NCBI GenBank assembly: GCA_021787935.1
Contig: JAJYLC010000003.1
Coordinates: 1-61,195 of the forward strand
Direction of reading: 5' to 3'
DNA length: 61,195 nucleotides
Source: Chloroflexota bacterium
GTDB lineage: Bacteria; Chloroflexota; Dehalococcoidia; SZUA-161
The notes under the pieces are model-generated. The model saw only the letters and a program-made list of their open reading frames with translations, did not search any database and was not told the DNA's origin. Positions 9,249 through 19,490 of this stretch are shown here, one piece after another. The position numbers and the translations under genes are program-made. Numbering within the stretch: the first letter of the stretch is position 1; every line of letters starts with the position of its first letter.

Positions 9249-11114
9249 ATGACAGATTTCAAACCTATCGCGAGAAAGATTTTAACATACATTTCTGCAG
9301 GTTTAATTGTCGCCCCTCTGTATGTAATCGCGCTTTGGGCTCTCCGCTACTCTACAAACAGCTGGTTCGATCCCTGGGGCATCATCACTATAGTCTTTAT
9401 GGTATTTATTTTTCCCTCGGTTATGGTGACATTAAGGGCCCCTATACAAAAAAAAGTAGATAGAATTCTCTATGGTTGGAGATTGCCTTACCGGGAAACA
9501 ATGCTGAATCTCCCTACCAGGTTGAGAAATATTCTCAGTGTCAGTGACCTTGCTGAAGAATTGTTGCGCCCGATACCCAGAGCCCTGAATACTCCACATG
9601 TAAGTCTCCTTCTCCCCCGTAACGGGAGCTTCGTTTCGCAGTTCCATGACCAGCTTATTGGAGTGACGCCGCCGTCGCCTTTGGAACTCCACAAGGACAG
9701 CCCGATTGTGAAGTGGCTTAGAGAAAATAACGGGCTCCTCTTTCCCCACACCCTGGATACAGCACCTGAGTTCGTGCGGATTGCCCAGGCTGAGAGGAAC
9801 GCAATCAAGGATTGTGACATCGGACTGCTTGTACTAATGCAGCATAAAAGCAACACGATCGGAATCCTCGCCCTGGGGCCAAAACAGAGCGGCCCGTACT
9901 CCGGGGAAGACATCACCCTGCTCACAAAGGTGAGTCAGGAATTGGCCGTGACTATGGCAAACGCTCAACTGTTTAACATCACCAGAGATAGAGTGCATAC
10001 AGATGACTTAACAGGCTTGCTCAGCCACGGGTATTTTCATCAGCGCACAGACGAGGAGATATCACGTTGTTCCCGTTTTGGCAACATATTTTCAGTGCTC
10101 TTCTTGGACGTCGACCTATTCAAATCCTACAACGATGCCTTCGGCCATCTGGCAGGCGACGACATCCTGAGGGAGATAACACGTCATATCAAAAATTCCA
10201 TCAGGTCGATAGACATACCCTGCCGCTATGGCGGAGATGAGTTTGCGGTCATTCTGCCCGAGTCGCCCCTGGACGATGCCTACAATGTCGGTGAGAGGAT
10301 CCGGGAAAAAGTAGAATCCGAGATGGACATCAAAGGTATAGCAATAACATGCAGCATAGGAGTAGCATCGTGGCCCACCAGCGGAGTTACCAAAGAAGCA
10401 CTCCTTATGGCTGCGGATAGCGCCCTGTACCGGAGCAAGCAAGCAGGGCGAAATCAGGTATCCCTGGCCTCTGCCACGATATCCCTCCAACAATCCGATT
10501 TCGATAAAGAGGAGCAGATTCTAAACGCCGTTCATGCTCTGGCAGCCACTGTTGATGCCAAGGACCATTACACTTACGGACACTCCAAGAAGGCGGCAGA
10601 ATATGCCGGGCAAATTGCCCAGGCACTTGGCTATTCCAATGACAAGGTAGCCATGCTTAAAGCAGCAGCGTTATTGCATGATATCGGTAAGATTCGAGTT
10701 CCCGATAATATTCTTTTGAAGCCGGGCTCTCTTACCGACAGCGAATGGACGGCTATACGGGAACATCCCAAGTTCGGTGTGGCAATACTCAAGCATATCA
10801 AGAGCCTGGGCTCATGCTTGCCAGTCATTCAACATCATCACGAACACTTTGACGGAAAGGGTTATCCTGCCGGACTGATTGGTGAAAACATTCCGCTGGA
10901 AGCCCGTATTCTGGCAATCGCTGATGCCTATGATGCTATGACGTCGCCGCGTCCTTACCGACCCAATGCATTACATCACCAGGAAGCCCTGGAGGAAATT
11001 GTGCGCTGTGCCGGGTCTTATTTCGATCCTGAAATAGTGAGAGTATTTGCTGCGACGTGGGAGCCGGCAAATTACCGCACAATGATTAATTCCGCGGCCG
11101 GTAAAAGTGGCTAA
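9249..11114 (+). CDS. Membrane-anchored GAF-GGDEF-HD-GYP c-di-GMP signalling protein
   Basis: Two N-terminal TM helices. GGDEF site is RYGGDEFAV with FLDVDLFKSYND. HD-GYP part has LHDIGK and HHHEHFDGKGYP. Confidence 0.85.
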   Translation: MTDFKPIARKILTYISAGLIVAPLYVIALWALRYSTNSWFDPWGIITIVFMVFIFPSVMVTLRAPIQKKVDRILYGWRLPYRETMLNLPTRLRNILSVSDLAEELLRPIPRALNTPHVSLLLPRNGSFVSQFHDQLIGVTPPSPLELHKDSPIVKWLRENNGLLFPHTLDTAPEFVRIAQAERNAIKDCDIGLLVLMQHKSNTIGILALGPKQSGPYSGEDITLLTKVSQELAVTMANAQLFNITRDRVHTDDLTGLLSHGYFHQRTDEEISRCSRFGNIFSVLFLDVDLFKSYNDAFGHLAGDDILREITRHIKNSIRSIDIPCRYGGDEFAVILPESPLDDAYNVGERIREKVESEMDIKGIAITCSIGVASWPTSGVTKEALLMAADSALYRSKQAGRNQVSLASATISLQQSDFDKEEQILNAVHALAATVDAKDHYTYGHSKKAAEYAGQIAQALGYSNDKVAMLKAAALLHDIGKIRVPDNILLKPGSLTDSEWTAIREHPKFGVAILKHIKSLGSCLPVIQHHHEHFDGKGYPAGLIGENIPLEARILAIADAYDAMTSPRPYRPNALHHQEALEEIVRCAGSYFDPEIVRVFAATWEPANYRTMINSAAGKSG

Positions 11115-11482
11115 ACGCCACCAGTTTTGCCTGCACAGTATATGATAATTCAGTTGCAAGACATATTCTGGAATAACATCCGGCACATTGGCACCTGAGT
11201 TTCCCAGTGTCGCCAGTATTTAGATAGTACTTTTTTCTAGCGAGCTCAAAACTAAAGGGCTATTGTAGAAGCCAGAGATTGCAATGAAAGTACTATTGTA
11301 CCTACGTTGAACATACGCTAAATTTTTATTGTAAGGAAATTATCGCCGTTTAATAGGTTATAGTACAGCAAGTTGGTACTATCACATTATTAGGATTTCA
11401 GTAACAAATTTCGAAAGCTGTACGAGGACTCGTTAATCTTGAATACGACTGCCTATCAAACTGTTAAGGAACTTGAGGTTCG

Positions 11483-12247
11483 ATGCGTAGCATAAAAGTA
11501 ATGATTGTGAGCAGCAATTCATTCGCCCGATCTGGAATCGAGCAGATGTTATCCGGACAAAATGCGCACATACTGGATATCGTAGAGTGCGATTTAGACC
11601 AGGAGGGGGCAAACGTAATCACACAAATCTCGAACTGCTTGCCAGATATCGTGTTGTTGGACCAGGGCTATCATCTTTCGCTAGGGATTCAGTTGACCAG
11701 AAAAATCACAAAGACGTTTAGAGGCACTAAGGTAGTGATTATCAGCAACAGGAATGCAGAAGATGATGCAGAGCTATTTCAGGTCATCAAGAGCGGAGCA
11801 GCGGCGTACCTTAACGCTGAACGGTGCACTCCCGATTTACTAGTTCAAACTGTAAACCGATGCGCCGATGGTGAATATCCTATTAATGATAGTGTAGCAA
11901 ATAGGCCCAAGCTAAGCTGGCGGGTACTTAGAGAGTTCCAGGACTTCTCCTTGAACAAAAAATATGTAGAGAATGCTTTGGAGTCTCTAACCTCCAAAGA
12001 ACTCCAGATATTGAAGCTCATCTGCGAGGGCAACTCGAATAAGCAAATCGGGGATATATTAGGCACCAGTGAACAGACAATCAAAAATCAGGTCAGTTCG
12101 ATTTTGCGCAAATTGAATGCAAACGATCGGGCACACGCTGTGTTCATAGCGGCACGCGATGGCTGGATATACATTAAGAACGATGATAAGGCAAACGAGC
12201 GTGATTCTCATTCAGGCCAAATGGTTAATATTGAATCGTCAACTTAG
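11483..12247 (+). CDS. LuxR/FixJ-type regulator with an atypical receiver-like N-terminal domain
   Basis: C-terminal HTH is LTSKELQILKLICEGNSNKQIGDILGTSEQTIKNQVSSILRKL. The N-terminal REC-like fold lacks the usual acidic DD pair (MIVSSNS). Confidence 0.75.
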   Translation: MRSIKVMIVSSNSFARSGIEQMLSGQNAHILDIVECDLDQEGANVITQISNCLPDIVLLDQGYHLSLGIQLTRKITKTFRGTKVVIISNRNAEDDAELFQVIKSGAAAYLNAERCTPDLLVQTVNRCADGEYPINDSVANRPKLSWRVLREFQDFSLNKKYVENALESLTSKELQILKLICEGNSNKQIGDILGTSEQTIKNQVSSILRKLNANDRAHAVFIAARDGWIYIKNDDKANERDSHSGQMVNIESST

Positions 12248-12329
12248 AAAACTTGTCGTCATAAATTTTCTCAAGAAATCAGGTGAATAATACACCGGCC
12301 GCTTAATAACACAACGGGGGGATTTGAGC

Positions 12330-13394
12330 ATGAAAATAGAAGAATTACTCCGCTTAATGGTAGATAGAAGGGCTTCCGACCTGCATCTGAGGGTGAGGAG
12401 ACCACCTATTCTGCGTATTGATGGCGTCCTCCAGGTAATGGAAGACATGCCCCATATCACGCCATCCGATTTGAAAGAAGCGTTTGAACACGTAGCCAAT
12501 GAGAGCCAGAGAGACCGTTTCCACCACGATATGGAACTGGATCTGGCGTATGGAATCCGTGGAATGGCTCGTTTCAGAATCAACGTCTTCATGCAGCGGG
12601 ATACCCTCAGTCTGGCCATCAGGCGAGTACCGTACGTGGTGCCCACTGTGGACGAATTGGGACTTCCGGAGATCTGTAAAGCTCTGGCATTGAAGCCAAG
12701 GGGACTAGTACTCCTGACTGGCAGAACCGGAACCGGAAAATCAACCACGTTAGCCGCAATGATTGACCACATAAATAAAAACGAGTCACGGAACATAATA
12801 ACCATCGAGGACCCCATAGAGTATATATTCCAGGATGATAAGAGCATGATAGCGCAGCGAGACCTTGGGTCAGACACCAAGTCTTTCGGTAATGCTCTGA
12901 GGCATGTGCTCCGACAGGACCCCGATGTGATCCTGGTCGGGGAAATGCGGGACCTGGAGACAATCGCGACAGCTATAACTGCTGCTGAGACAGGGCACTT
13001 AGTGTTAAGCACCCTGCACACCCCGAGTGCACCCCAGGCCATCGACCGCATTATCGATGTTTTCCCGCCCCACCAGCAGGAGCAGATAAGATTGCAGCTA
13101 TCGCTAGTGTTGGAAGGCGTGCTCTCCCAGATTCTATTGAGAAGGGCAACGGGACATGGACGGGTAGCATCGGTGGAAATCATGCTTGGCACCGATGCCG
13201 TGCGGAATATCATTCGTGAAGGCAAAATAGAGCAGATGCCTACCTACATGCAGACCGGCAGTCAGTTCGGCATGCTGACTATGGATCAAGCGCTACAGAA
13301 CCTCGTCAGGTCTCGCATGGTTACGGTCGAAGAAGCGTTACCCTATTGCAGCAAACCGGATGAGCTGTTAGGCAGGCCGGTTCTTTCCCGCTGA
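12330..13394 (+). CDS. pilT: Type IV pilus retraction ATPase PilT family
   Basis: ASDLHL motif, Walker A GRTGTGKST, and AIDRIIDVFP. The ATG at 12330 is better spaced from the G-rich RBS than the TTG at 12324. Confidence 0.8.
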   Translation: MKIEELLRLMVDRRASDLHLRVRRPPILRIDGVLQVMEDMPHITPSDLKEAFEHVANESQRDRFHHDMELDLAYGIRGMARFRINVFMQRDTLSLAIRRVPYVVPTVDELGLPEICKALALKPRGLVLLTGRTGTGKSTTLAAMIDHINKNESRNIITIEDPIEYIFQDDKSMIAQRDLGSDTKSFGNALRHVLRQDPDVILVGEMRDLETIATAITAAETGHLVLSTLHTPSAPQAIDRIIDVFPPHQQEQIRLQLSLVLEGVLSQILLRRATGHGRVASVEIMLGTDAVRNIIREGKIEQMPTYMQTGSQFGMLTMDQALQNLVRSRMVTVEEALPYCSKPDELLGRPVLSR

Positions 13395-13464
13395 CGGGCG
13401 GGGGTTTAAAAATATTTGTTACAGGGCTTTTTTACCGGGTCTCGCCCCCAATTGCCTACGCTCA

Positions 13465-15039
13465 TTATCTGGGCCACTTAACTACTTTGACTTTGGTCCG
13501 CGGTGCCTTAAGATAGTCTTCCTGAAGCTCGCTTTTTAGCTGGGAAAGCGCAGGGCTCAATTGAACCTTTGTCTTGCCATACTCTTCCAGGGGGACAACA
13601 AATCTCTTTCTTTGCTCCGCTACCCAGCGCTTCAACTCGTGAGGCGTCCTCAATTCTGGGTACATCCCATGCCTCCAAAAGGGCTGGATAAGCGGTGTCG
13701 CGTTACAAACCCCGCGTCCTTTAGGAGCCTGCTCATTTGCCAGGCTTAAAACGTCGAACATATACCTGCCTTTTCTATCTTCGCATCTCCAAATCTGCAA
13801 TTTCCCGGGCAGGGTTTCCTTTCCCGGCGTCCCGGAAAGTTTTAGTGTAGGTTGCTCCCAGAACTCTATCAACTTAAAGATCACGCCGGCGGTTTTTTCA
13901 ATCTCAGCGGTGAATTTCGTACCGACAGCAACTCCCATAATCCCCATATTCTTCAGCGCCTTCTGTAATACCTGGGGACTGTCACCTTCAAGGGACTGTC
14001 GATTTTCTGTCTCAAGATTTTTTAGAGAGTAATCCCGCAACCCAAGTGCAATCCCCTCCACCCTTCTGTAATCTAAATCTCCGGTCAGAAGGATCTTCAC
14101 TTCCTGCAGGCCGTTGGCATCTAGCATCCTCCTGGCAAAAATACTCCCTTTTACCAGGTCTCCCGAATCAATTCTCACGGCCCTGAGAGCCTTCCTGCGC
14201 TTACGGCTGCTGAGAGCTGCCTCAATCACATGGATCATGCCGAGTTTAAGCGACAAAGTATCCACAAGACATACTGTTCCATGCGGGTGAGCGTCAAGCC
14301 AGTATTCGAAACAAATTCTCTGCCCGTGCTTCAGATTGCCATTTTCGTCATACCAGGGCTGGGGAATTTTATTGCCTCCCTTTACGGCACCGGAGACCAA
14401 ACTCATAAACGCCTGGACTAAATAGTGGGCCATCGTGCCAACCGAGACGATTCCGTAAAGAAAAGCCGCCTCCAGATTGCTGGTGTCATCGCAGCCGCCA
14501 ATGTAAAGGTACTTTGACACCTCGACTGCCCGATCCAGGTCGCCCGACCTTCTCAGGGAAAAGTCAGAGACGAAAATTTCATCGCCAACCATTTCCTTTA
14601 TCTGCATCGCCAGGTAGGCCAGTGTCATCGGAAGGTCGTAAGTATATTCAAAAACGACTTCAAACATCTGTATCATGGCGAAAGGCCCGCACACCTCAGC
14701 GATAGGTTCACCCGCAAAAACGATTGTCCCTTCGGGGACGGCAAACACCTCTCCGGGGAAACGTGAGTGCTTCAGCCTCTCAGCGATGAGCTTGAGGCCG
14801 GCCCTATCTTCGGTGAGGAACCTGGCTCGGGGTTCATCGGCACGTGACCTGTTTAATAAATCAACCATTCTTTCGTAACCCAATGCCGGAGCATAAGGAA
14901 TTTTTCTTTCAGTGACATAAAAGGTAGCCGGCATATCACCCAGGGTTTCACCCAGCCCCAAAGGGTCAACCCCGAGCGAGAAATTACCCATAACTGCGTG
15001 ATAGCGGTCTGCGCAGAGGGCTGTGCTCCTCTCCACCAT
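13465..15039 (-). CDS. pncB: Nicotinate phosphoribosyltransferase family protein
   Basis: NAPRT motifs SVGTMAHYLVQAF and AVRIDSGDLV. It is divergent from an isochorismatase-family gene. Confidence 0.7.
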   Translation of the reverse strand: MVERSTALCADRYHAVMGNFSLGVDPLGLGETLGDMPATFYVTERKIPYAPALGYERMVDLLNRSRADEPRARFLTEDRAGLKLIAERLKHSRFPGEVFAVPEGTIVFAGEPIAEVCGPFAMIQMFEVVFEYTYDLPMTLAYLAMQIKEMVGDEIFVSDFSLRRSGDLDRAVEVSKYLYIGGCDDTSNLEAAFLYGIVSVGTMAHYLVQAFMSLVSGAVKGGNKIPQPWYDENGNLKHGQRICFEYWLDAHPHGTVCLVDTLSLKLGMIHVIEAALSSRKRRKALRAVRIDSGDLVKGSIFARRMLDANGLQEVKILLTGDLDYRRVEGIALGLRDYSLKNLETENRQSLEGDSPQVLQKALKNMGIMGVAVGTKFTAEIEKTAGVIFKLIEFWEQPTLKLSGTPGKETLPGKLQIWRCEDRKGRYMFDVLSLANEQAPKGRGVCNATPLIQPFWRHGMYPELRTPHELKRWVAEQRKRFVVPLEEYGKTKVQLSPALSQLKSELQEDYLKAPRTKVKVVKWPR

Positions 15040-15186
15040 GTCAGGCCTCCCAGATTATCCCGTATTCCATAAACCTGCTAAAAAGCCACAACCGGATTTT
15101 ACTTTTGCACAAATATAGCATAATAGGTATATCCCGACAACCCGGAAGCGTCTTTTCCCTCAGGCTAAACCCGTTGTCTTCTCCAT

Positions 15187-15288
15187 GTCATTGCGAGGCC
15201 ATCCGAAGGAGGCCGCGGCAATCTTTCGTGCTTCTTCCCTATTTACGAGTACGAAAGATTGCTTCGTCGCTGCACTCCTCGCAATGAC
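15187..15288. repeat. About 100-bp nested palindromic intergenic element (type 'tcattgcgag')
   Basis: Outer arms are gtcattgcgagg (15187-15198) and cctcgcaatgac (15277-15288). Inner arms are gcaatctttcgt (15218-15229) and acgaaagattgc (15251-15262). Confidence 0.85.
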
Positions 15289-15367
15289 ATACTGGGCGTC
15301 AGCCCGAGGGGGGCGTCTTCACATGGTGTGTTAATATATAGGATATCCGGTGGCAAGGGAGTACAAA

Positions 15368-16438
15368 ATGATAAGGAGAATTTCTCGGCTTCCTGTTCCG
15401 GGACATTACGATAAGGCAAATGCCTACAGGTTCGACTACCATGTGGCCGACATAACTAAGCTGCAACAGCAGGCTATCGAGTGGAGGAAAACACATCAGC
15501 TCCACTATGTGTCGAGCGATGAGGTGAAAATCCACCTGCTGGTCGTTGATGTGCAGTTCGACTTCAGTTTCCCGGACGGGAAGCTGTATGTCGGAGGACG
15601 CTCAGGCACCGGGGCGATGGACGACCATGACCGTCTTGCCAGGTTCATTTACCGCAATCTACACCTGATCACTGAGATCACTTTTACTATGGACACCCAT
15701 CTGCCTTACCAGATATTTCACCCTGTTGCTCACTTGTGTAAGGATGGCACTCATCCCAAACCCATGACAATTATCTCGGCTGACGACTATCATCGCGGGA
15801 AATATCGTGCCAATCCGGTAATGGCGTTCCAACTGGGTATGGACCCTGACGACCTGAACAAGCAGTTTACCTACTATTGTGAAAAACTGGCTGAGTCGGG
15901 GAGATACCAGTTGACTATCTGGCCTTACCACTGCCTTCTGGGGTCGCGCGGCCACCGGCTGGTGGGTGTGATAGATGAGGCCCGTCTGTTTCACAGCTTT
16001 GCCCGCGGCTCCGTCAACAAGCTGGAAATCAAAGGCGACAACCCGCTGACGGAACACTACTCGATATTCGAGCCTGAAGTAATGACCATGTATACCGGCA
16101 AAACGATCCCTCGCGCCGCGAAGAACGAGAAACTGCTGGAGACCCTTTATAGCAGCGACATGACCATCATCACCGGAGAAGCAAAAAGTCACTGCCTGGC
16201 CTGGACCATCGAAAGTCTGCTTGACGATATCTTCGCCAGAGATGAGTCACTGGCCCGAAAAGTATACATCCTGGAGGACTGTTCCTCGCCTATCGTCGTG
16301 CCGGGCGTGGTCGATTACACCGAAGAAGCAGACAGGGCATTCCAGCGTTTTGCCGATGCCGGAATGAACCTGGTCAAGTCCACAGACCCCATCGAGACCT
16401 GGCCCGGAGCGGAAGTGAAGCTAAAGGCGCTCCGATAA
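15368..16438 (+). CDS. Isochorismatase/nicotinamidase-family cysteine hydrolase (long form)
   Basis: Contains VVDVQFDF and GEAKSHCLAWT (nucleophile Cys context). The ATG at 15368 follows AAGGGAG, with an alternative GTG at 15350. Confidence 0.65.
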   Translation: MIRRISRLPVPGHYDKANAYRFDYHVADITKLQQQAIEWRKTHQLHYVSSDEVKIHLLVVDVQFDFSFPDGKLYVGGRSGTGAMDDHDRLARFIYRNLHLITEITFTMDTHLPYQIFHPVAHLCKDGTHPKPMTIISADDYHRGKYRANPVMAFQLGMDPDDLNKQFTYYCEKLAESGRYQLTIWPYHCLLGSRGHRLVGVIDEARLFHSFARGSVNKLEIKGDNPLTEHYSIFEPEVMTMYTGKTIPRAAKNEKLLETLYSSDMTIITGEAKSHCLAWTIESLLDDIFARDESLARKVYILEDCSSPIVVPGVVDYTEEADRAFQRFADAGMNLVKSTDPIETWPGAEVKLKALR

Positions 16439-16944
16439 GCGGGACTCTCCCTGCGTCTATCGTACGACCTTTCAGGTATAGCACGGCCCGAGATTCGAAT
16501 TTAGGCATTTCAAAATTTTCGGAGCCCCTGCTCGCCGGCATCCCGCCACTCTGTGTTGAATCCAGTGTTTAACGCAGTGGAGACTGCCCGATTTAGGAAC
16601 ATTCCTAACCCTAAGTTTAGGAACGACATCCCCGGACGAAATCCAGCGGTGAAACCCCTTATTCAGTTTATCAGTAAAGTCAAAACTTTACCGAGCCAGC
16701 CGGCCATCAGCCTCAAGCTTGCTCTAAAAAGTCGGTAGTTTCGGGCACCGAACCCCGATGAGTTTGGTGTAATAATAGAACATTAGTGCTGATATTGTCA
16801 AGAGGAAAGTGTCGCAGAGAAATTTAATAAGTGCGCCGGGGCAGATTCGAGTTACCGACACCCTGATTAAAAGATACAAAAGACTTGTACCTGAGCGTAA
16901 AAAGCAGTAATCGGTTATATCTTATTATTCTAAAATTGCCTTCG

Positions 16945-16975
16945 GGTGGTACTTTTCAGTACCACCTTGTTTATT
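16945..16975 (+). terminator. Orphan terminator-like hairpin in a 780-bp non-coding gap
   Basis: Stem ggtggtact / agtaccacc (9 bp, loop tttc) is followed by ttgtttatt. No convincing upstream gene. Confidence 0.4.
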
Positions 16976-17217
16976 GTAGTGGAGAAAAGTTCGTTAGCAA
17001 AAATGTTAGCAATAAGGTTGTATATAAAGCACTGAGTAGACTCTTGGTTTTACGCCGCCCTCTAAGCTGCAAGCACGTTGGTGCACTTAATTCACCGCGT
17101 TCTTGACTCCTAGGGAAATCGTAGTAGAATCTCCCCAGGCACGTTACTATTCGACCATAACTCCGGGCAATTCCACGGGTTTGGGAAGAACCTAGTATTG
17201 CATCAGGAGGTGCGTAA

Positions 17218-18084
17218 ATGTCCTGGAGAGCGAAAATCGCCTGTCTCTTGTTAGTCTTATTTACTATCCAAGCCGTGGTCGGTGCGTGTGCCAGCGGAAA
17301 TGAGGGTGGGCCATCAGGTGCAGTCGAAGGATTGAAACAGATACCCAGTGATTGGCAGTCATTTCTATATGTAGACCTGGCACATCTACGTAACGATTTT
17401 GACCTAAGACCGTTGTATGACGCTCTTCGAAGTTCGATTGGCGGAGACCTTAGCTCGGTCGGCATTAGTTCAAGCGATGTTAATACGGTATTCGTTGGAA
17501 CCAGTGCAAGTGGCCAAAATTACGGCATAGTTAGCGGTAATTTGGACTTCGCAAACATTAGGAAGGTTCTGCAAGATGGAGGTGCTGAAAAGACCGAGTA
17601 CATGAGCATAGAGACTTGGACAGAGCGGGAACAAGGCCAAACGCAGGTTATGGTCTTCGCACGAGGTGCCATTTCTGCAGGCGCATACGATGCCGCAAGG
17701 GAATACATCGAGGTTATTGCAGGCAAAGCAAAGTCTTTATATGACGATAATGACGTTAGAGACGTTGTCTATAGGTTACCCAACACGGCCGTCGCTGCTA
17801 CGGTCGCAACAGGAGGAGATTCTTTCCCTACAGACGAAACCAACTGCGTTGCTGTTGCCTACGCTTTCCATAAAATTGATGCCCAGACCTTGGAGTTGAC
17901 CTGTGTTGGAAAGTTCACGGATTCCACTAACGCCGCATCGTCCTTATCTGACTTCAAGTTGTGGTCTTCCAACCAGGTTAGTTACAATCTGGAGAACGTG
18001 CAATCGGTGCAAGAAGGCCAGTTCATAAAGCTAACAGCAACCTTGCCAATAAGCGAGATCGGAAATGGGGCAACATCATCCTAA
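17218..18084 (+). CDS. Hypothetical lipoprotein
   Basis: Signal peptide with lipobox-like VVGAC. Strong RBS (caggaggtgcgtaaATG). The segment is AT-richer. Confidence 0.6.
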   Translation: MSWRAKIACLLLVLFTIQAVVGACASGNEGGPSGAVEGLKQIPSDWQSFLYVDLAHLRNDFDLRPLYDALRSSIGGDLSSVGISSSDVNTVFVGTSASGQNYGIVSGNLDFANIRKVLQDGGAEKTEYMSIETWTEREQGQTQVMVFARGAISAGAYDAAREYIEVIAGKAKSLYDDNDVRDVVYRLPNTAVAATVATGGDSFPTDETNCVAVAYAFHKIDAQTLELTCVGKFTDSTNAASSLSDFKLWSSNQVSYNLENVQSVQEGQFIKLTATLPISEIGNGATSS

Positions 18085-18206
18085 AAGTTATGTTCCACAA
18101 CCGATGCCATAGGTTAGCCGGTAGAACACCCGCGGAACCCAATCATGAAAGACCCGCGCTAAACAAGGGAACTCCGTAACTACATCAACTCATTAGGAGG
18201 TGCTAC

Positions 18207-18389
18207 GTGGAACTAGGTAAGATTAATTACAAGAGGAAATGCCCGCAATGTGCGTACACATTTGAGACAGCTGATCCCGAAGGGAGAGTACCTGAACATA
18301 ACACAACGGACAATCCGTCAACTAAATGCCCTGGTTCAGATCAGATAGGTAAAGATATTGGTAGGAGAATTGACCCCAAAATAAAATAA
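18207..18389 (+). CDS. Small hypothetical zinc-ribbon-like protein
   Basis: GTG start after ttaggaggtgctac. Has CPQC...C cysteines. There is no recognisable family, so the call is weak. Confidence 0.4.
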   Translation: MELGKINYKRKCPQCAYTFETADPEGRVPEHNTTDNPSTKCPGSDQIGKDIGRRIDPKIK

Positions 18390-18396
18390 TTCCAAT

Positions 18397-18416
18397 TTCA
18401 AATTGACCCACTACCC
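18397..18416 (+). repeat. Solo copy of the island inverted-repeat motif (ttcaaattgacccactaccc)
   Basis: Nearly identical to 45212-45231 and related to the 19-bp inverted repeats at 46975-46993 and 50875-50893. Confidence 0.7.
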
Positions 18417-18703
18417 AAGTTTTGGACAAGTTGACATTTGCTTGGAAGTATGTTTATAAGCGTAATCGCTAGCCGAGACGCCTGAAGAGGTAGCTCGAAG
18501 CATGGTAACCCAAGGCAATATCGCGAAGGCTGGAGCTTGGACTCCAGTCTTTTGCTATTTGCTAGGTCTACTATGAACGCGCATTCGTCTGCTTCGCCTC
18601 TGAGCTCGTACATATTTATATGGTGGATGAAGTGAAATAGAACACGCCGACACAAATCGAGTGAATGGGGGGTTTCGCTGTCCGACGAAGGACTTCACCC
18701 ACC

Positions 18704-19490
18704 CTACCGATCCTGGTGTGGGGGTCGAGGTGGCAGCGGTCGCTGGCCCGCAGCATAGCGGCGCAGCGCTTCGGCCATGTCAGGGTCCGAGAGGCTGGCC
18801 CGATGAAGCCGCCGCTCAAGCCTAAGGCCTTCAGGCAGGGGTAGTGACATGCCCTGGTAAACGCTCTGCCGGTCATTGCGGAGGCTGGCCTGAGGGTACG
18901 CAGAGATAGCCTCGGCTAGCTCCAGGGCGCGTGCCAGCGCCTGCCCCGGTGACACAACCTCCTGTACAAGTCCGATGCGGAACGCGTGAGCGGCGTCGAT
19001 AAGCACGCCCGACTCAATCAGATAGAGGGCGTTGCCCAAGCCGACGATTCTGGGCAACCGTTGGGTGCCCCCATCTACGAGGGGAACACCCCAGCGGCGG
19101 TTGAGCACGCCGAACTGCGCGTTGCGGGATGCGACACGAAAGTCACACCAGCAGGCCAATTCCAGACCGCCAGCCAGGCAGTAACCGTTCACGGCCGCTA
19201 TGGTCGGCTTGTGGAGGTTAGTGATGTGGCTGATACCCATCGGGCCCCGACTTCTTAGCGCCCCGGCGAGCCGCAAGGCCACCGATGTCCTTAAGGTCAG
19301 CCCCGGCGCAGAAAGAGACCTCGCCAGAGCCAGTGAGGATGAGTACGTCGAGGCTATCATCCTGACGGAATGCCTCGACCGACTTGAAAAGCAGCCCCGC
19401 GGTCTCTGCGTCAACAGCGTTGCGAACCTCAGGGCGGTTGATGGTGACGATGAAGGCCCGACCCTTGCGTTTAGATCTAATCTTGGGCAT
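18704..19490 (-). pseudogene. Enoyl-CoA hydratase/crotonase, split by a frameshift near 19239-19250
   Basis: The N-terminus (ORF 19218..19490: FIVTINRPEVRNAV...FCAGADLK) and the remainder (other frame: KPTIAAVNGYCLAGGLELACWCDFRVA...) join at a ggggccc run. The patch is markedly GC-rich. Confidence 0.65.

Noticed and set aside
9364-9374. T-loop-like string ggttcgatccc, suggesting a tRNA.
   Set aside because: It lies inside the N-terminal membrane region of the GGDEF gene. No acceptor stem or anticodon arm can be built around it. No other tRNA-like signature was found in the window.
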